A stretch of 64,000 nt of DNA from Vicugna vicugna (lineage: Eukaryota), in NCBI GenBank assembly GCA_013265495.1, contig MU058337.1:3192686-3256685 (forward strand). The letters are read 5' to 3'. The translations under genes were made by a program, and so were the position numbers. Positions 1 through 13,400 of this stretch are shown piece by piece. Position 1 is the stretch's first letter. Each line of letters starts with the position of its first letter. The notes below the pieces were generated by a model. That model worked only from the letters and a program-made list of their open reading frames with translations, had not been told where the DNA came from and made no database searches.

Positions 1-585
1 TTCTTGCAAAAGGTTTTCCCAAAAGGTTTCCAAGGCTAAAAGGTAACACTGTAGGAAACTCAGTTTCCTTCACCATTACTACCAACAATGACAAAGTGTA
101 TTCTTTCCATAAAAACCCTATGTACATTGACATATATGTGCAGTCTCCAGTCCTGTGTGTGTGTTTCTATGCAGCCAGGCACAGACTGGTGTCTGCAATT
201 CATCAGTCTTACTTTTCTGTCCATCTGGCCTCATAACCTTTTCAACCTGGTTATGCTTTCCTACGTACCAATAACATTTTTAACATATTTATGAATTTAT
301 AATATATTTTTATTTTTTTAATATTTGTAACTCACATGAGCCTTCGAAAGAACCAAAAATTTTCTATATCATTTTCATAACAGCTACCAGAAAAATGAAA
401 ATGGAGTATTTGAATCTAGTTTATAACTATTTATGTAAGAAGGGTCTATTGAAATAAAATTTCAACAGCAATGAGAAACGGATGGGTAAACGTACATATG
501 AAGATTATATGCTTAAACACAAAGGCTATGAGCGTCTAAGTTTCCAAAATGCTATTCTTCCTTTTTAGATGATCCGTTATCCAAG

Positions 586-1037
586 TGTAGCCAACACTGT
601 CAGAGTCCACCCAGATACCTTTGTCTTTCATGCTCTGTGGACCTCAGGGGTCCAGCTTCCAGCTGCTGGCACCTCCTTGTCTTGCTTGAGGGCTTTCTCT
701 GGTCTCTGAAGCTCAAATCGATGCCTAAAGTACCAGGGAATTAATATTCCTCAGAAGCGGCTTTTTACAGAGGACCAGTGGGAATCGTTACATGCAGTCC
801 TCACCCCCATCCCCCTCCAGTGGGATAATTCCGGGACAGGGTTACTCTGTCACCCAAGAGTTCTCCAGTGGGATAAAACTCCTGCCACCTTCATTCACTA
901 AGAGCTCGATAGCAAATGTTTTAAACTGTTGTCCCCATTATCTTACTTCCCCACTCCCTTGGAACCACCTTTAAAATAAACTGCTTGCACTGGAATCCCT
1001 GTTTCAGATTCTACTTTAGAGGTAATGCCTCTAAGCA
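586..1037 (+). mobile_element. ERVL LTR (LTR16 family)
   Basis: Starts tgtagcc and ends ...ctaagca. The 3' part 'ttggaaccacctttaaaataaactgcttgcactggaatccctgtttcagattctac' resembles the LTR16 poly(A)/U5 region. It is followed directly by the PBS-like 'gttggtgcca'. Confidence 0.7.
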
Positions 1038-1400
1038 AGTTGGTGCCACAAAAAGTTACTGAAAGTAAATCCTCAGGATGCAGTTCAAGAATTAGGTGCA
1101 CGTGTCCACAGCTGGGAACAGGGACGTTTCGTCGGTTGTAAGACTACTTAATCAGCCTACGTAGCCAGCACACCTACTCAGGACTCTGGTGGTGACTTGG
1201 GGGAGCCTGGGTTTTGTAGTGTGTGTCTCTAGTCTGGGGACCGATGGAGACAACAGCATTTCTAAGGACTGCAGAACAAGTTGGTTGTGGTTAAGTGCAG
1301 TCAAGACACTGAAGGAACGAAATCACAGACTCCATTTACCTAACTATCAACTCAGGGCACAAAGGGAACGCCAGAAATTTCCCTGAAAACATTTAAGACT
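1038..1400 (+). mobile_element. ERVL internal 5' region with degenerate gag fragment (ERV3-16A3-like)
   Basis: Contiguous with the LTR. ORF 1189-1386 contains WLWLSAVKTLKERNHRLHLPNYQLRAQ, resembling the ERVL/MaLR gag N-terminal coiled segment (WLLLSALDTLxKENDRLRxLNxQLKA). Confidence 0.55.
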
Positions 1401-1404
1401 CATC

Positions 1405-1708
1405 TACAAAACAGAAGCAGACTTGCAGCCATAGTAAACAATCTTATGGTTACCGGGGGGGCGAGGGGGTGGGACAGGATCAATGTGAGAGTTTGAGATT
1501 TATAAATATTGACCACTGTGTATAAAAATAGATTTAAAAAAATTCTTCTCTATAGCACAGGGAAATACAGTCAATATCTTGCAATAACCTTAAATGGAAA
1601 AGAATATGAAAATGAATATATGTGTGTATATGCATGCCTGGGACATTGTGCTGCGCACCAGAAATTGACACATTGGAACTGATGGTACTTCAATTAAAAA
1701 AAAAAAAA
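1405..1708 (+). mobile_element. L1 3' UTR fragment (camelid/cetartiodactyl type) with poly(A)
   Basis: 'tatagcacagggaaatacagtcaatatcttg...caccagaaattgacacatt...acttcaatt' followed by an A13 tail. Similar to the L1 3' ends at 8.4, 27 and 39 kb. Confidence 0.85.
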
Positions 1709-2834
1709 GGCATCGGCAATGTGCTCCCAGAACCACCTTCAACCCAGGTGGTGTCATTACACTCTGTTACAGTCGCCAGCCTTCTAGCTTGAATCCCGAG
1801 TTATATCAAGCCCTTAGAATAATAATTAACATTTAACATGCTTCCCATAAATATTGATTAATTGAGGAAATGATGGGAAATCTCTAAAAATATTTTGACA
1901 CGCTGTAAACCTCCAGCAAAATATGAAGGCACATCAAGAAAGCTTGGGAGAGAAGGGAGAAGGATGACCTCGTCAGATTTAGAGAAATAGTGCATCTATC
2001 TGGAGCCTAGGTTTGTGAAATTTGTACACATTGTTGCCACCTACCCTCCATTCATTTCTCATGTGCTTGAATTCCCTAGTTTTCTCCTGAATTCTTCAAG
2101 AATACAAGCTTTATGAAATGGTTACACTTGTAAGATAATTCTAGAAAATATTTGTGTCACTCCTGTATCCTTGGAGGCAAGCCGCCATCCCAGCCCTGTG
2201 ACCTTCTTGCTCTGCAGCCTCACCTTGGTCTTCGGGTTGTCAGCTTCCTCCTCCTGGGATTACCAAGAGGACAAGCGAGGTCACACAGGTCCCCAGTATA
2301 CTGGCTGCTGCATTATAGACCTGCATCTAAGTTCAACGTTCTTCTTCTCCTTCCCTTTAATGATACTAAATATTTGTGATCAGTGCACAAGATCTTAGTT
2401 TAAATGCTAAATCATAGCTCTCAATTCCTAATAAAGGATTTATTCAAACAACAACAATGCAGAGCTGTAGTTTAAATGCAAATTGACTTGGTGAGGAGAT
2501 ACCTACATTTTCTATAGAGAAATTCTTTGCCAAGCTAACGTGTGAAAATGAACTCATCCTCGTATTTACATCGTAAAACAGTATTTTTTTTTTTTTAGCA
2601 GACAGTCTTTGCACTCATCCCATACAATCTTAAAGCCATTACCCTTCACGTATCATATGGTACCCCGGTGCTTTGGCGCAAGGCCAGGAAGAGTGAAAAA
2701 GGAAGACATTTGATGAAGAGCATCTGATGGTGATGTTTCCACTCTGTAACCATAGGGAACCGAGTGCTGTAGAAAAACATCTTTTGCTGCAGTTCTTTTG
2801 ATTGAATAAGCACAATTTTGACATGAATCCATTA

Positions 2835-3160
2835 AGAAACTACTTTGGTTCTGGGAAACTGAGTATTAGAAATATGATGAGCATATTGGAGCAAGTTCAA
2901 AACTGAACATCAGGAGTAATTAAGGGAGTGGAGAGATTGATTTATGAGAAAAGATTAAAAGAGCTCAATCTGTTTAGCTTGGCTAACAGACAACTAAGTA
3001 GGGGATATGGTAATTGTTTACAAGTACTTACAGGATGTAAATACCAAGGCTGGAACAGAAACGCTCAGGCTGAGATCAGAAAGCCTGAATCACTCCAAGT
3101 TAATAAAGAGAAAATTTAGGTTGACTGCCATCCAAAATTTGGTGATAGTTAAGGCCTTTC
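2835..3160 (+). mobile_element. Ancient CR1/L3 LINE ORF2 C-terminal relic
   Basis: Translation SILEQVQN*TSGVIKGVERLIYEKRLKELNLFSLANRQLSRG / DMVIVYKYLQD...HSKLIKRKFRL matches the CR1 motif [50 protein letters not shown]. It contains stops and a frameshift. Confidence 0.8.
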
Positions 3161-5941
3161 AGCAGGAATTGTCTCTTAGGGAAGATGGAAAAACAAACTC
3201 TTTGGGGCATTTAAATGTGAGATGGTCTTTGTGGATCTGTACTTGGGGCACATTAATCACCAGCAGAATTTGCGAAGCATTGAAGTTGCATCATTTTGTG
3301 CACTGAGATGGCTTGCTCTACTGTTCAAATGGACCACAGTACTTTAGAAAAATGTTTTATGAAGATAAAATTCTAACAAATATAGATGAACACAATATAT
3401 GTAGAGAGACATTGTTATTTTTTTTTAAAAAAAGCAAAGCATTTTCTACTTTTTCTTAATCCTTTCTTTAACTCAAACGAATCATGATTTAGTATGGTAA
3501 TTAACCAACTTCTTGCTAATTAACATGTATCAATTAAAATATAATCATGTATTATGTTTATTCACACAAAGATGCAATTCATACACACATATTCATATAA
3601 GACTATTAGTGTTATTAATGTACCAATGTATTTTTTAAATTAGTAGAAATAAGAAATTTATAGCAATTCATCTGGGCATTTAAAGTTTGCCTTTTAGAAA
3701 AATTTAACAGGAGTATTTTAGTATTAAATAACTCACAGAAATATATGCTGTGATTATGTGATTTGAATATAAAAATATCACTCTAATCACTAAATGAAAA
3801 TAATTTAATATATATTAATTCTACAACATTACTAGAGATCATACATATATTAACATATGCACACATCATATCTGTCATCTCTCCTGTCCTTTCTCTTTCT
3901 CTTTCTCTCCTTGGTAGAAAATGTAACTTTATTTATTTTTCTCTATTTCTCTGTAAAACAATTGCAGTGACCCAATCATTCTTCTTTCTCATGGTCATCA
4001 TTCTGCTAGATTTCATAGGAAATAAATGAATTAGAAGGTATTGTCTCCATTCTTTATATTTTTATTACTATTTAGAAAAATTAGAATTAAATATTGTGCA
4101 AGTTGAAGAAGCCACTGAAATGAAATACAAATTCCACTTTTAGGTACAGAATGGCTTTTAAATGGATGATTTCATATTTTATAAAACACCTAAACTGTAT
4201 TTATAAATGTGTCACTGCCTTACCATGTGCTCTTGAATCTATCAGGAAGCATCAGCTCTAACTAAAACATCTATGACACATACATCCATAGCCTAAGACT
4301 TCTCGTACTTCTGAATTCATATGTGTGCTGCTTGCTGTTGCTCATGGAAATTAAGTTGTATACAAACAGATTTACACAAAAACCCACACACAAACACACA
4401 CAAATACACACAAACCCACACCACCGTCTGAATCCTGACTCCTCTTGAGATTATGTCTTCCCTAACTGAAAATGTATTACTTTCCAAAATAGATACAGAA
4501 ATAGATACAGAAAAAGGGACTATATTTGTGCATATGATTTGTAAAAGAATTGAAAGTAAACGAAGTGGTTTGTGTAATGCACAAAATCGTTCTTTTAGGA
4601 AAACTGTGCAGAGATAAAAAGAACCATTGTGATTTTATGTAGAATAGATTATAATTTAAGTTTTAAGTTGTCACATTACCTTAGAAAATAAACTGCTCAT
4701 TTTTTGAGTACTCATGATGTTTATGGTAAACATGAGTGTATTTATCTACTGATAAAGTCATATGTATTGTCTTCTTGTAGATGAATGTATAAATTAAACA
4801 GCTTAATGCTAAAAGAGTATATATAATGCCAAAATGGAAACTTATGAGTATGTTTGGGATACGCTGATATTACATTAGAATAAGAAAGGCAAGAACCAGC
4901 AGAATTTTAACTGTAAATGAAGAGCTGCAGAAACTCATTTTTTTTCATAAACTATAGCCATTTTACTAATTTGGATGCATTAAAATGGATATTTAACATA
5001 TTCACTATATTACCAGGCCATCTGATCTCACTTTTCACATGTTTCCAGGCACCTTTTCCAACAGCATTACACAAAGACCATCTCTCTACGATAAAGGATG
5101 TATTTTCGAAGTATCACCATTACTCTTTCCAAGCTAACACTGCCATAATGACCAATCAAAACTTAATTTATGTTACAGTATATGGTACAGCATCACGCTT
5201 TCTTAAATATTTTAGAATCCTTCTGGAATAATTTATCTTCATGGGTGGAAAACAAAGAATGTCATTTGCACTCCAAGGGATAAAGATTATAACCCTAAAT
5301 CTGAACAAAATTGCTGTTGAACTAAAATTAGATTATTATCTGATTTCTATTGATAGCTCCCAAGAGTCTAAAATACTTTAATAAAAAAAAAATGAAAATA
5401 TTCTTTCCTAGAGCAGAGTTAATCCTTGAGTATTAGACAAAGTCTAATATTATTACATTGGAGGCAAATATCCTAGGACTGTACACTAGTTTAGAACATT
5501 GCTGGGTCATGAGGAAAGAGGCTGGATTGTCTACAAATCACCCTGGGTTGCCTGGACCACGAGCCAACAAAAATGAGGGTCTTCCACCTACAGCACCAGG
5601 AAGTCATGCTGTCTGAGCCCAAGCGATTTATCTAGGGTACCGCCACTGAGTTGAAAATGGGCTATAAATATATGGGAAGCCACTGACCTCCGATACATTC
5701 CAATGTCCATGTAAATCTCTTTCTATCAGCGCCGGCTCCACTTTGGGTTCTTGCTATTTTTAAAGAACGAAAACACCACTTGCTAGCTTCTTCAACTTGT
5801 TCTAATTCCAGGGTCACAGGTGTTCATAGGATCATGCCAGTAAACTTCTTCAGACCAATTTGTGTCATCTTACCCTGAAATGGATTCTTCTGGGTGTGAC
5901 CATGGGAAATTACTAACCCTGATCTCTCTCTCTCTCTCTTG

Positions 5942-6304
5942 TTTTCCTAGATTTATTGAGGTTTAATTGACAAATATAAATTGTATATGTTTATGATGTG
6001 CAATGTGATGTTTTCATACACATATACATTTAAAAATATTTACCACAACCACTTATATAAGACATTCATCACCTAGCACAGTTAACTTTGTGTGTGTGTG
6101 TGTGTGAGAGAGAGAGAACAATTAAAATCTACCCTCTCAGAAAATTTCAAGTATATAAGTATTGTTAACTACAATTACCACGCTATGAATTGGATCTCCA
6201 GAACTTAAGCATCTTGCATAATTAAAACTGTGCACCCCTTGACCAAGCTTTCTCCATTGCCTCCCCAGCCCCAGCCCCTGGTAACCACCATCCTACTTTC
6301 TGCT
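5942..6304 (-). mobile_element. L1MA/L1MB-type 3' end
   Basis: 'tttattgaggtttaattgacaaat...tctccagaactta...ccccagcccctggtaaccaccatcctactttctg' is a typical reverse-strand old L1 3' UTR. It contains a (TG)9(AG)5 microsatellite at 6089-6116. Confidence 0.8.
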
Positions 6305-8427
6305 AACATTATTACTCAGTGCCTTGTGCCAAGCAGATTAAGTGTGTGCTTTTGGAATGTTTTTGAGCTTGCTCATTTATCTGACTGTAGAGGAATTGGA
6401 GCTGTGGTTGGGAAGCAAAATTATTGGGAATCAGAAACATTATGTAATATAACATTTTAGTTCACTAGTACAGAAAACACGGGAGCAAAGCAAAGTAACA
6501 GCAAATATAAGTAAGTGACTAAACGCATGTTTTTTACCCTACTGCACAAGTTCCAGCCAACGCTAAGACGTGGAAGGAGACAGTTGCGACAAGGACACTG
6601 GAATTGGGACTTGCCTGTAACGTCATCCTTACCTCGCCCTGGGTGTGATATTGGACGCATAATTTCAACTTTCTGAGCCTCCTATTTACTGGCCTTGCTG
6701 AGATTTTAGCAAATGCACGCAAAAGAGATTTGTAAACCAAAATTCTACACATCTGTAAGGTATTACAACACACGTCTGAGCTATTTCAACCTGCCAAGAT
6801 GATATTGCATCTTCCTATCCTACTTTCCCTCAAGAATTAAAGGAAAATAATTTCTCTCCTTTCACCAAGTTTGAAGAAATAAAGTCATAATGGAGAGAAA
6901 ACGTGAAGAAAGAAAAATGTAAAACTAGAATATGCACATCTGTAGGGGAAAGAAGCCAAAATACAAGAAAGATAAAACACTTCGGATTATTGCTTCTGCT
7001 GCTGGAGAGTGAGAACGAGGTCAAAGATTTAAAAACCTTGGCCACGTCTTCCTCAGGGACTGACATCCAGCCAAAGCCCCGCATCTGGTTAAGTTCAGTG
7101 GCTCTTGTGACGGCAGTTTATTGACAAGTTTTCAAAACTACCAAATAGAAATGAATCTGTGGCAGCTAAGTCTGGACAATAGCATGTGGATTATCTTTTT
7201 GCTGATTATACTTTGTTGACATGAACAATGTCATAGTTTACACTGGCCCAGCAGGAGCTAGCAAGGCAGGGGAAGAAAAGAACTTTTAGGTTTATGAATG
7301 ACTTCCTTTTCTGAGAGAAGGTGTGGAGGATCAAGCACACCAAGCCAGACCTCTTCTAATTCAGACTGACTCACGGCTTTGATGGAAGGGAACAGGAGGG
7401 GGACTCAAGAGTGGAATGGGCTGAGTGGAAAAGAGCAATAGGTTGATACAAACTGAACATTCAGATCTATAAAATATGATGTATGAATCAAGTTTACTAA
7501 TCACTTTATTATCAATTAATTGGGCATTATTCTCTTATACAAAGTAACTGTGTAACTAGATCTAGCAATGAAAACATTGAACTTTTATCATGTGGGGTTC
7601 CAATACCTCATGGGTGGTCTTACCAATTTTTCAAGAATATTCTTTCAGAAGGAAGAGGCTAATGATGAAAGAAGTTCTGACTTGTCATGAGGAAATTAAT
7701 CTCAGCAGCAGCAAACACTGACTCGGTGGCAAATATGAATAATGACCAGACACGTACTGAGTAAGCCACTGCCATCACCCACACAGAGAGGGCAGTCCAT
7801 TCTGAGGGGGAAAACGGGGTCTGGTGGTGGCGGGTTTTCCTGTCCAACACTCACTTGTTCACCTTCAGGTTAAGAGCCTCCAAGACTTCGTTTTCAAAAC
7901 CAAACATTTATATTTTGAGCCACATGTTTTTTTGGGGGGTTGACCCAGTCAACATCTCAGACTGGCCCTAACTGAGATGTTATTTGGAAAGGCCCATCCT
8001 CTGCACAGCAGGGTGGGTTTGTGGAGAGGCTGCAGCCACAGTCCGTGAGGTACTTGGGCTGCTGATCAGTGAGTCTGAAAGTTAATCCTACTCCTTTTTC
8101 CATAGCGACTCCTCTAGGAGGCGCTCACTCTCACCCTGGCCGAGATGATGGGAGCACTTACCTGTGGGTATGTCATACAGGGGTGTCATACTTGGAGGAG
8201 AACCGCCTGAAGAGAACACTGAATCAGTCAAAGGCAAAAACAGAAGGCTGCAAAACTGGAGCTTAAACCCAAATGATAAAATTGGAAGTTCTGAAACACA
8301 AATTTAAAACTAATACTCTCCCTGAACTACTTAAATAAAAGAAAAAGTAAATTCTTTTCTTTCCCATTTTTTCAGTTTTGTTAGGGTTTTGTTTTTGGAA
8401 AAAACATCATCAGCATTATAAATATTC

Positions 8428-8680
8428 CTAACTACTACACATAAAATAGATAAATAACAAAGTCCTACTGTACAGCACAGGGAACTATATTCAATACCCT
8501 GTGGTGGCTTATAATGAAAAAGACTATGGAAAGGAATATATATGTGTGTGTGTGTGTATCTGTACATATCTGTGTATATATGTATGTGTGTGTGCATATA
8601 TATGTAAAACTGAATCACTACACTGTACACCAGAAATTAACACAATATTGTAAACTGATTATACTTCAATTAAAAAAAAA
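8428..8680 (+). mobile_element. L1 3' end (camelid type)
   Basis: 'ctactgtacagcacagggaactatattcaatacc...gtacaccagaaattaacacaatattgtaaactgattatacttcaatt' plus A9. 'attccta' flanks both sides as a possible TSD. Confidence 0.85.
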
Positions 8681-9851
8681 TTCCTATGCTGTCGCTGAGG
8701 AACACACATACAACCAAAATGCTTAGTTGATTGTGTTTATAGAAACTGGGTTTTGCTTCTAGCTCTGTCTTTAACTTGATGTGATGCTGAAAACGTATTT
8801 AACTTTCCTTCACATAGATTTCTTTTCTCCCTGTCTGTGTCTTCCCATCCTCTTCCTCTCTCTTCTTTCTTTCTTCTATACTCATTTTTGATGCAGTTAC
8901 AAAGGGCTAGGAACTGAGATTTCAAGTATGAAACAGAAAACACTTTCTGATCTTGAAGGACTTACAGACGGGTAGAAATGACACCCACACAGACAACTTA
9001 GGAGAGCGATGTTATCAACACCAAGGAGCCTTCAGCTTAGTAAAGTGCTTTAGGAGCTCAGAGAATTACCCGATTCTGCCTGTCGAAGTCACGGAAGCTC
9101 TAGGGGACTGTGATGATTACAGCTGCTTTTCTCAGTGCAGAGGCATCCACTTCCTTTCTCCTTCTCGTAAAAAAAAAAGTCTTTCTTGTGGGATGTTCAG
9201 TCTCATTACTTCAGGGGGGATCAGCCACCTCTCCCCCACCCCAGCCCATGGCAGGCCCATAACCCAAGCCTGGCCAGCCTTCAACAACTTCCTCTCCTCC
9301 AAAAATCATTCAGGAATGTTCATGTAGCTATCAGAACCTGATCGAGAACATTTGTCAAATTTATGAGGAAAGATGCAATTTTGTTTTAGTTGTTTATATC
9401 TGTGATCACTGTTTATAAAGAAAATGGATGTAGCATGCCTCTTGTGAAAATTTGATACCAAATAGGGAAAAATCATATAAAGACATCAGCTCAGACAGAA
9501 GAGCCAAGAGACAGCCCCCTAGCCATGGCACAAGGATGCTTTGCTCAAACTGTGCCTTACATTGTTTAAATTAACCAGTTTCATGATCCAGTATGATGCC
9601 TGTCCAAGCAGGGGTCTTTGAGAGTTGGTCAGACCCTAATTTTTCAAATAAATATGGGTTCAAAAATGAAATATGTGAAATAAATCATAAACCATACATG
9701 GGATCTCTCTTTATTCTGGTAATATGATAAAATATATAAACTGAAATGGTTGTGTGTCTAACAAGAAATACTGGTTGAGAATAACAAACATACTGTAGGA
9801 ATAAGGGAAATCCAGAGTGCCAGAAAAGTAAAGTATCGTGTACTGAGAAAC

Positions 9852-9876
9852 GTGTGTGTGTGTGTGTGTGTGTGTG
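9852..9876. repeat. (GT)n microsatellite
   Basis: About 12 GT units, read directly. Confidence 0.95.
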
Positions 9877-10197
9877 ATTAGTGATATGGGTAAGTTTCAG
9901 CCATCTAAGGGCTTCATTTTTAATAGCAGTAAGTGGACAGAAGTTAACACCTTGTACTTACATGAGATGGTGAGTTGCAGAAATCTCCAAATAAATCTTG
10001 GTCCTTAAATGTGGCACCTTTCTCAAAATAACTAGGCCAAGAAAAATGGAAACAAGCAAGGAAAGTAAACAAGGACTAATCAGTATTGATTAAAACCAAG
10101 TGGAGAAAAAAATCTTCCATGATAATTTAAAATTTGGGTTACTATCATCTTTTTGTTTTGTAGTTTAAAGGTATATTACTTGCATGGTTCCGGTACT

Positions 10198-11076
10198 ATG
10201 CCATTAGGGAACTGCAAATTAAAACAACAGTGATGGACCACCACATACCTGTTAGAGCAGCCAAAATCTAAGACACCAAGTCCTGGTAAGAACGTGGAAG
10301 AACAGGAACTCTCACGCTTTGCTGGTGGGAATGCCAAAAGGTACGGCCACGTTGGAAGAGAGTTTGGCAGTTTCTTCCAAAAATGAAACATACTCTTACC
10401 ACCCAGCAGTATCGCTTCAAATGAGTGGAAAATTGATGTCCATAAACAAACCTGTACGTGGATGTTTATAGCAGCTTTTAAAAATCTTTTGGAAGCAACA
10501 AAAATGTTCTTTGGCAGGTGAATAGAAAAATAAACTGGCACTTCCAGATGATGAAGTTTTTTTTTAAGTATTGAAAAGAAATGAGCTCTCAAGCCATTAA
10601 CAGACATGAAGAAAAGTCAAATGTGTATTACTAAGTGAAAGAGATCATCTGAAAAGGCTGCGTGCTGTATGATTCCAACTGTATGAACTGGGAAAAACGA
10701 AGCTATGTAGACAGATCAGTGGTTTCCAGGGTGTTGCGGGAGAGAGGGATGAGCAGCTGAAGCACCGAGGATTTTCAGGGCTGTGACATTTTCTGTGTGG
10801 TGCTGCAGTGGCAGATACAGGTCCCTATATATTTGTCGAATCCTGTAGAATGTACAACTCCAGGGGTGAGTCCTAATGCAAACTACAGACTCTGAGGGAC
10901 AATGATATGTCAGTAGAGCTTCATCATTTGTAACCAACGTTCTGCGTTGGTGGGGGACATGGATGGTGCTGGAGGCTGCACATGGCATGTCCAGTGGGGA
11001 CATGGAGGGTCTGTGTACTTTCAGCTCAGTTTTGCTGTGCATCTAAAATGGCTCTAAAAAGTAAAATGTATTTTTT
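10198..11076 (+). mobile_element. L1MC/L1MD-type ORF2 end and 3' UTR
   Basis: 'ccattagggaactgcaaattaaaacaac...gctggtgggaatgccaaaaggtac...ctaagtgaaa...cctaatgcaaactacagactctg...ttttgctgtgcatctaaaatggctctaaaaa'. Confidence 0.8.
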
Positions 11077-11129
11077 AATGGAGGAGGAAGAGAAGAAAGA
11101 TGAGGAAGAGAAAGAGTTTTTCTTAGCTA

Positions 11130-12210
11130 TTAGACCAAAATAGAAAGATGAAGTAAGTAACATTGTTTGGTATGTTTGGTGCGAGCACAACAAAAACCAA
11201 ACAGATGCATCAAAACAGGGAGCTCAGAACAAACATGCACACATACTTGTGCATCTTCAGAGTCTTACCTCACATTATATACAAATCCTACATCTTTAAG
11301 TAAACAACATTTGAGTAATAAATCTATTACATTTAGAAGAAAAGATCATAAAGAATCCTTATGACTTCAAGTTTTAAAGATTTCTCAAACAAGGCCCCAA
11401 CCTACACAAACAACATTAAAAAAAAAAAACACAACTTTCCACATCAATTTCAATTTACAGACCACGGAAACAGAATGCCAAATACGCATATGAAAATATA
11501 TTTAACCTCACCAGGAGAAAAATATGATCCGTAAATATCAAAGCCATATTTTGTCCCAATAATCAGGTTATTTCTTTTAAATAATCGTATCATAGCAAGT
11601 TGTGGCAGGACACAGGAATACGAATTAGCCCAACCACACGAGAGAACAGCTTGACAGTAGAGTGAAAAATTCTACTTCTAAGTGTCTGTGCTGGGAAACT
11701 GCTTATCAGCAAAGGGAGATTTTCACATTACTGTTCACTGCAACACCCTTTCTAACAGCAAAAAATGTAGGAATTTCTTAACAAATTCTAGATAGATTTG
11801 AATTTAATATTTTTAATGAGGTAGAATATTCCAGAAGAGTTAAATTTAAAAAATGGTGTATGTCAACATGCATAAGCTCTAAAAACAGCATAATGTTGAG
11901 TGAAAAATCAAATTGTAAACTAATCCATGTATTAATCTATATTTTTATACTATAAAAATATCATCTATATTTTAAAACAACAAATACCAACTCAGGTGTT
12001 CATGTGGGGAAGCTGGCTGAGATAGGAGAAAATGAGGCTTTACTGCTGTCTGAAATTTTTTTTTCTCTAAAAAAAATTAAAGAAGAAAATCAAAACAAAT
12101 ACAGCACAATGTTAACATCTGGTTAATCTTGGGAATTGGAGTACAGAGGTCTGTTCAGTTCTTTTCTGTTTCTTTCCATATGTTTAAAGTGGTTTGTAAT
12201 TAAAATAAAA
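11130..12210 (+). mobile_element. Highly degraded old L1 (L1ME-like) fragments
   Basis: Scattered L1-like phrases such as 'tcttacctcacattatatacaaa', 'ctacttctaagtgtctg' and 'cataatgttgagtgaaaaa'. Confidence 0.4.
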
Positions 12211-12461
12211 CACGGATGAGTAGGAATTAGTCTGGTAGAAAAAGACTGAAAATGCATTCCAGACAGAAGGAAATAAAAGAATTAGGAAACTCTAAAAGAA
12301 GAAGATGGCTTCAGAGAATGCAAACAATTTGGCACAGCTTTGGTCTAAAAGTCCGATAAGTAATTAGGAGAGGATAGGGATGGATAAGGTAGATTCAAGT
12401 TTGAAAATAAAAGGGTCTTGGGTGTCATTCTGTTACGTTTGGACTTCATCCTATGGGCCAG

Positions 12462-12890
12462 TGTGGTAGGCAGAATAATGGTCTCCCAAAACTGTCCACC
12501 TGCTGATCCCAGAATCTGTGAATATGTGACATTACATGATTTTGCAAATGTTATTAAGTTAAGGATTCTGAACTGGGGAAATTTTCCTGGATTTTCAGGA
12601 TGAGACCAAAGGAATCATAAGCAACCTTATAAGAAGGAACAGGAGAAGTCAGGGAAGGAGACGTAATGATGGAAGTAGAGGTCGGAGTGACTCGGGGTCA
12701 TGAGCTAAGGGGTGCAGGCTGGAGAAGCTGGAGACGGCAAGGAGACACTTCCCCCTAGAGCCACCAAAAGGCAGACCTGCCAACCCATGTTTTTGGACTT
12801 TATATCTGGAATAGTAAGATCAAGTATTTTTATTGTCTTAAGCCCCTGGTCTGTGGTTATTTGTTACAGCAGAAGTTGAACTCTAGAGCA
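12462..12890 (+). mobile_element. MaLR solo LTR (MLT1C/D-like)
   Basis: Starts 'tgtggtaggcagaataatggtctcccaaa...cccagaatctgtgaatatgtgacattacatg' and ends 'tggttatttgttacagcag...ca'. 'ccag' lies on both flanks. Confidence 0.85.
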
Positions 12891-13079
12891 CCAGTGACGA
12901 TGAGACTTTGGTCTGTGGAGGGACAAGGAGAAGGTCCCGCACTGTGTGTGTGGATGGGGAGGGTCCGGGTAAAATGACCACACTGCAGCCCTGCTGTTTA
13001 CATCTGCAGCCATAGTGACATCTACCCGATTAACATGGTTAGGGACGATCAGAGGATGATGGCTCCGGTTTCCGAGAAG

Positions 13080-13400
13080 GACCAATACCGCGTGATTCCA
13101 CTTCTGGGAGGTTCCATGCGGAATCTAAACTAGTCAAACACAGATAAGCACAGAGTGGAATGGTGGTTACCAGGGGCTTGTGGGAAGGGGAAATGGGGAA
13201 TTGTTTCAGGGATAGACCGTTCCAGTTACACAGCATGACTGAGTGCTAGAGATCTGATGGGCAAGACCGTGCCAGTGGATAACAGTCATTGTTTCGCACA
13301 CTAAAAGGTTTGTTAAAGAGGGTACATCTCATGACAGGTGTTCTTACTACGGGAATAAGTAAGTAAAGAAATAAGTCAGAGGAGAAAACAAACAAGCAAA
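13080..13400 (+). mobile_element. L1MA9/L1MB-type 3' end
   Basis: 'tgattccacttc...gaatctaaactagtcaaacacagataagcacagagtggaatggtggttaccaggggcttg...ttgttaaagagggtacatctcatg'. Confidence 0.75.

Noticed and set aside
4488..4512. Tandem aatagatacaga x2 (also tgggagaatcc x2 near 16415)
   Set aside because: These are ordinary slippage micro-duplications.
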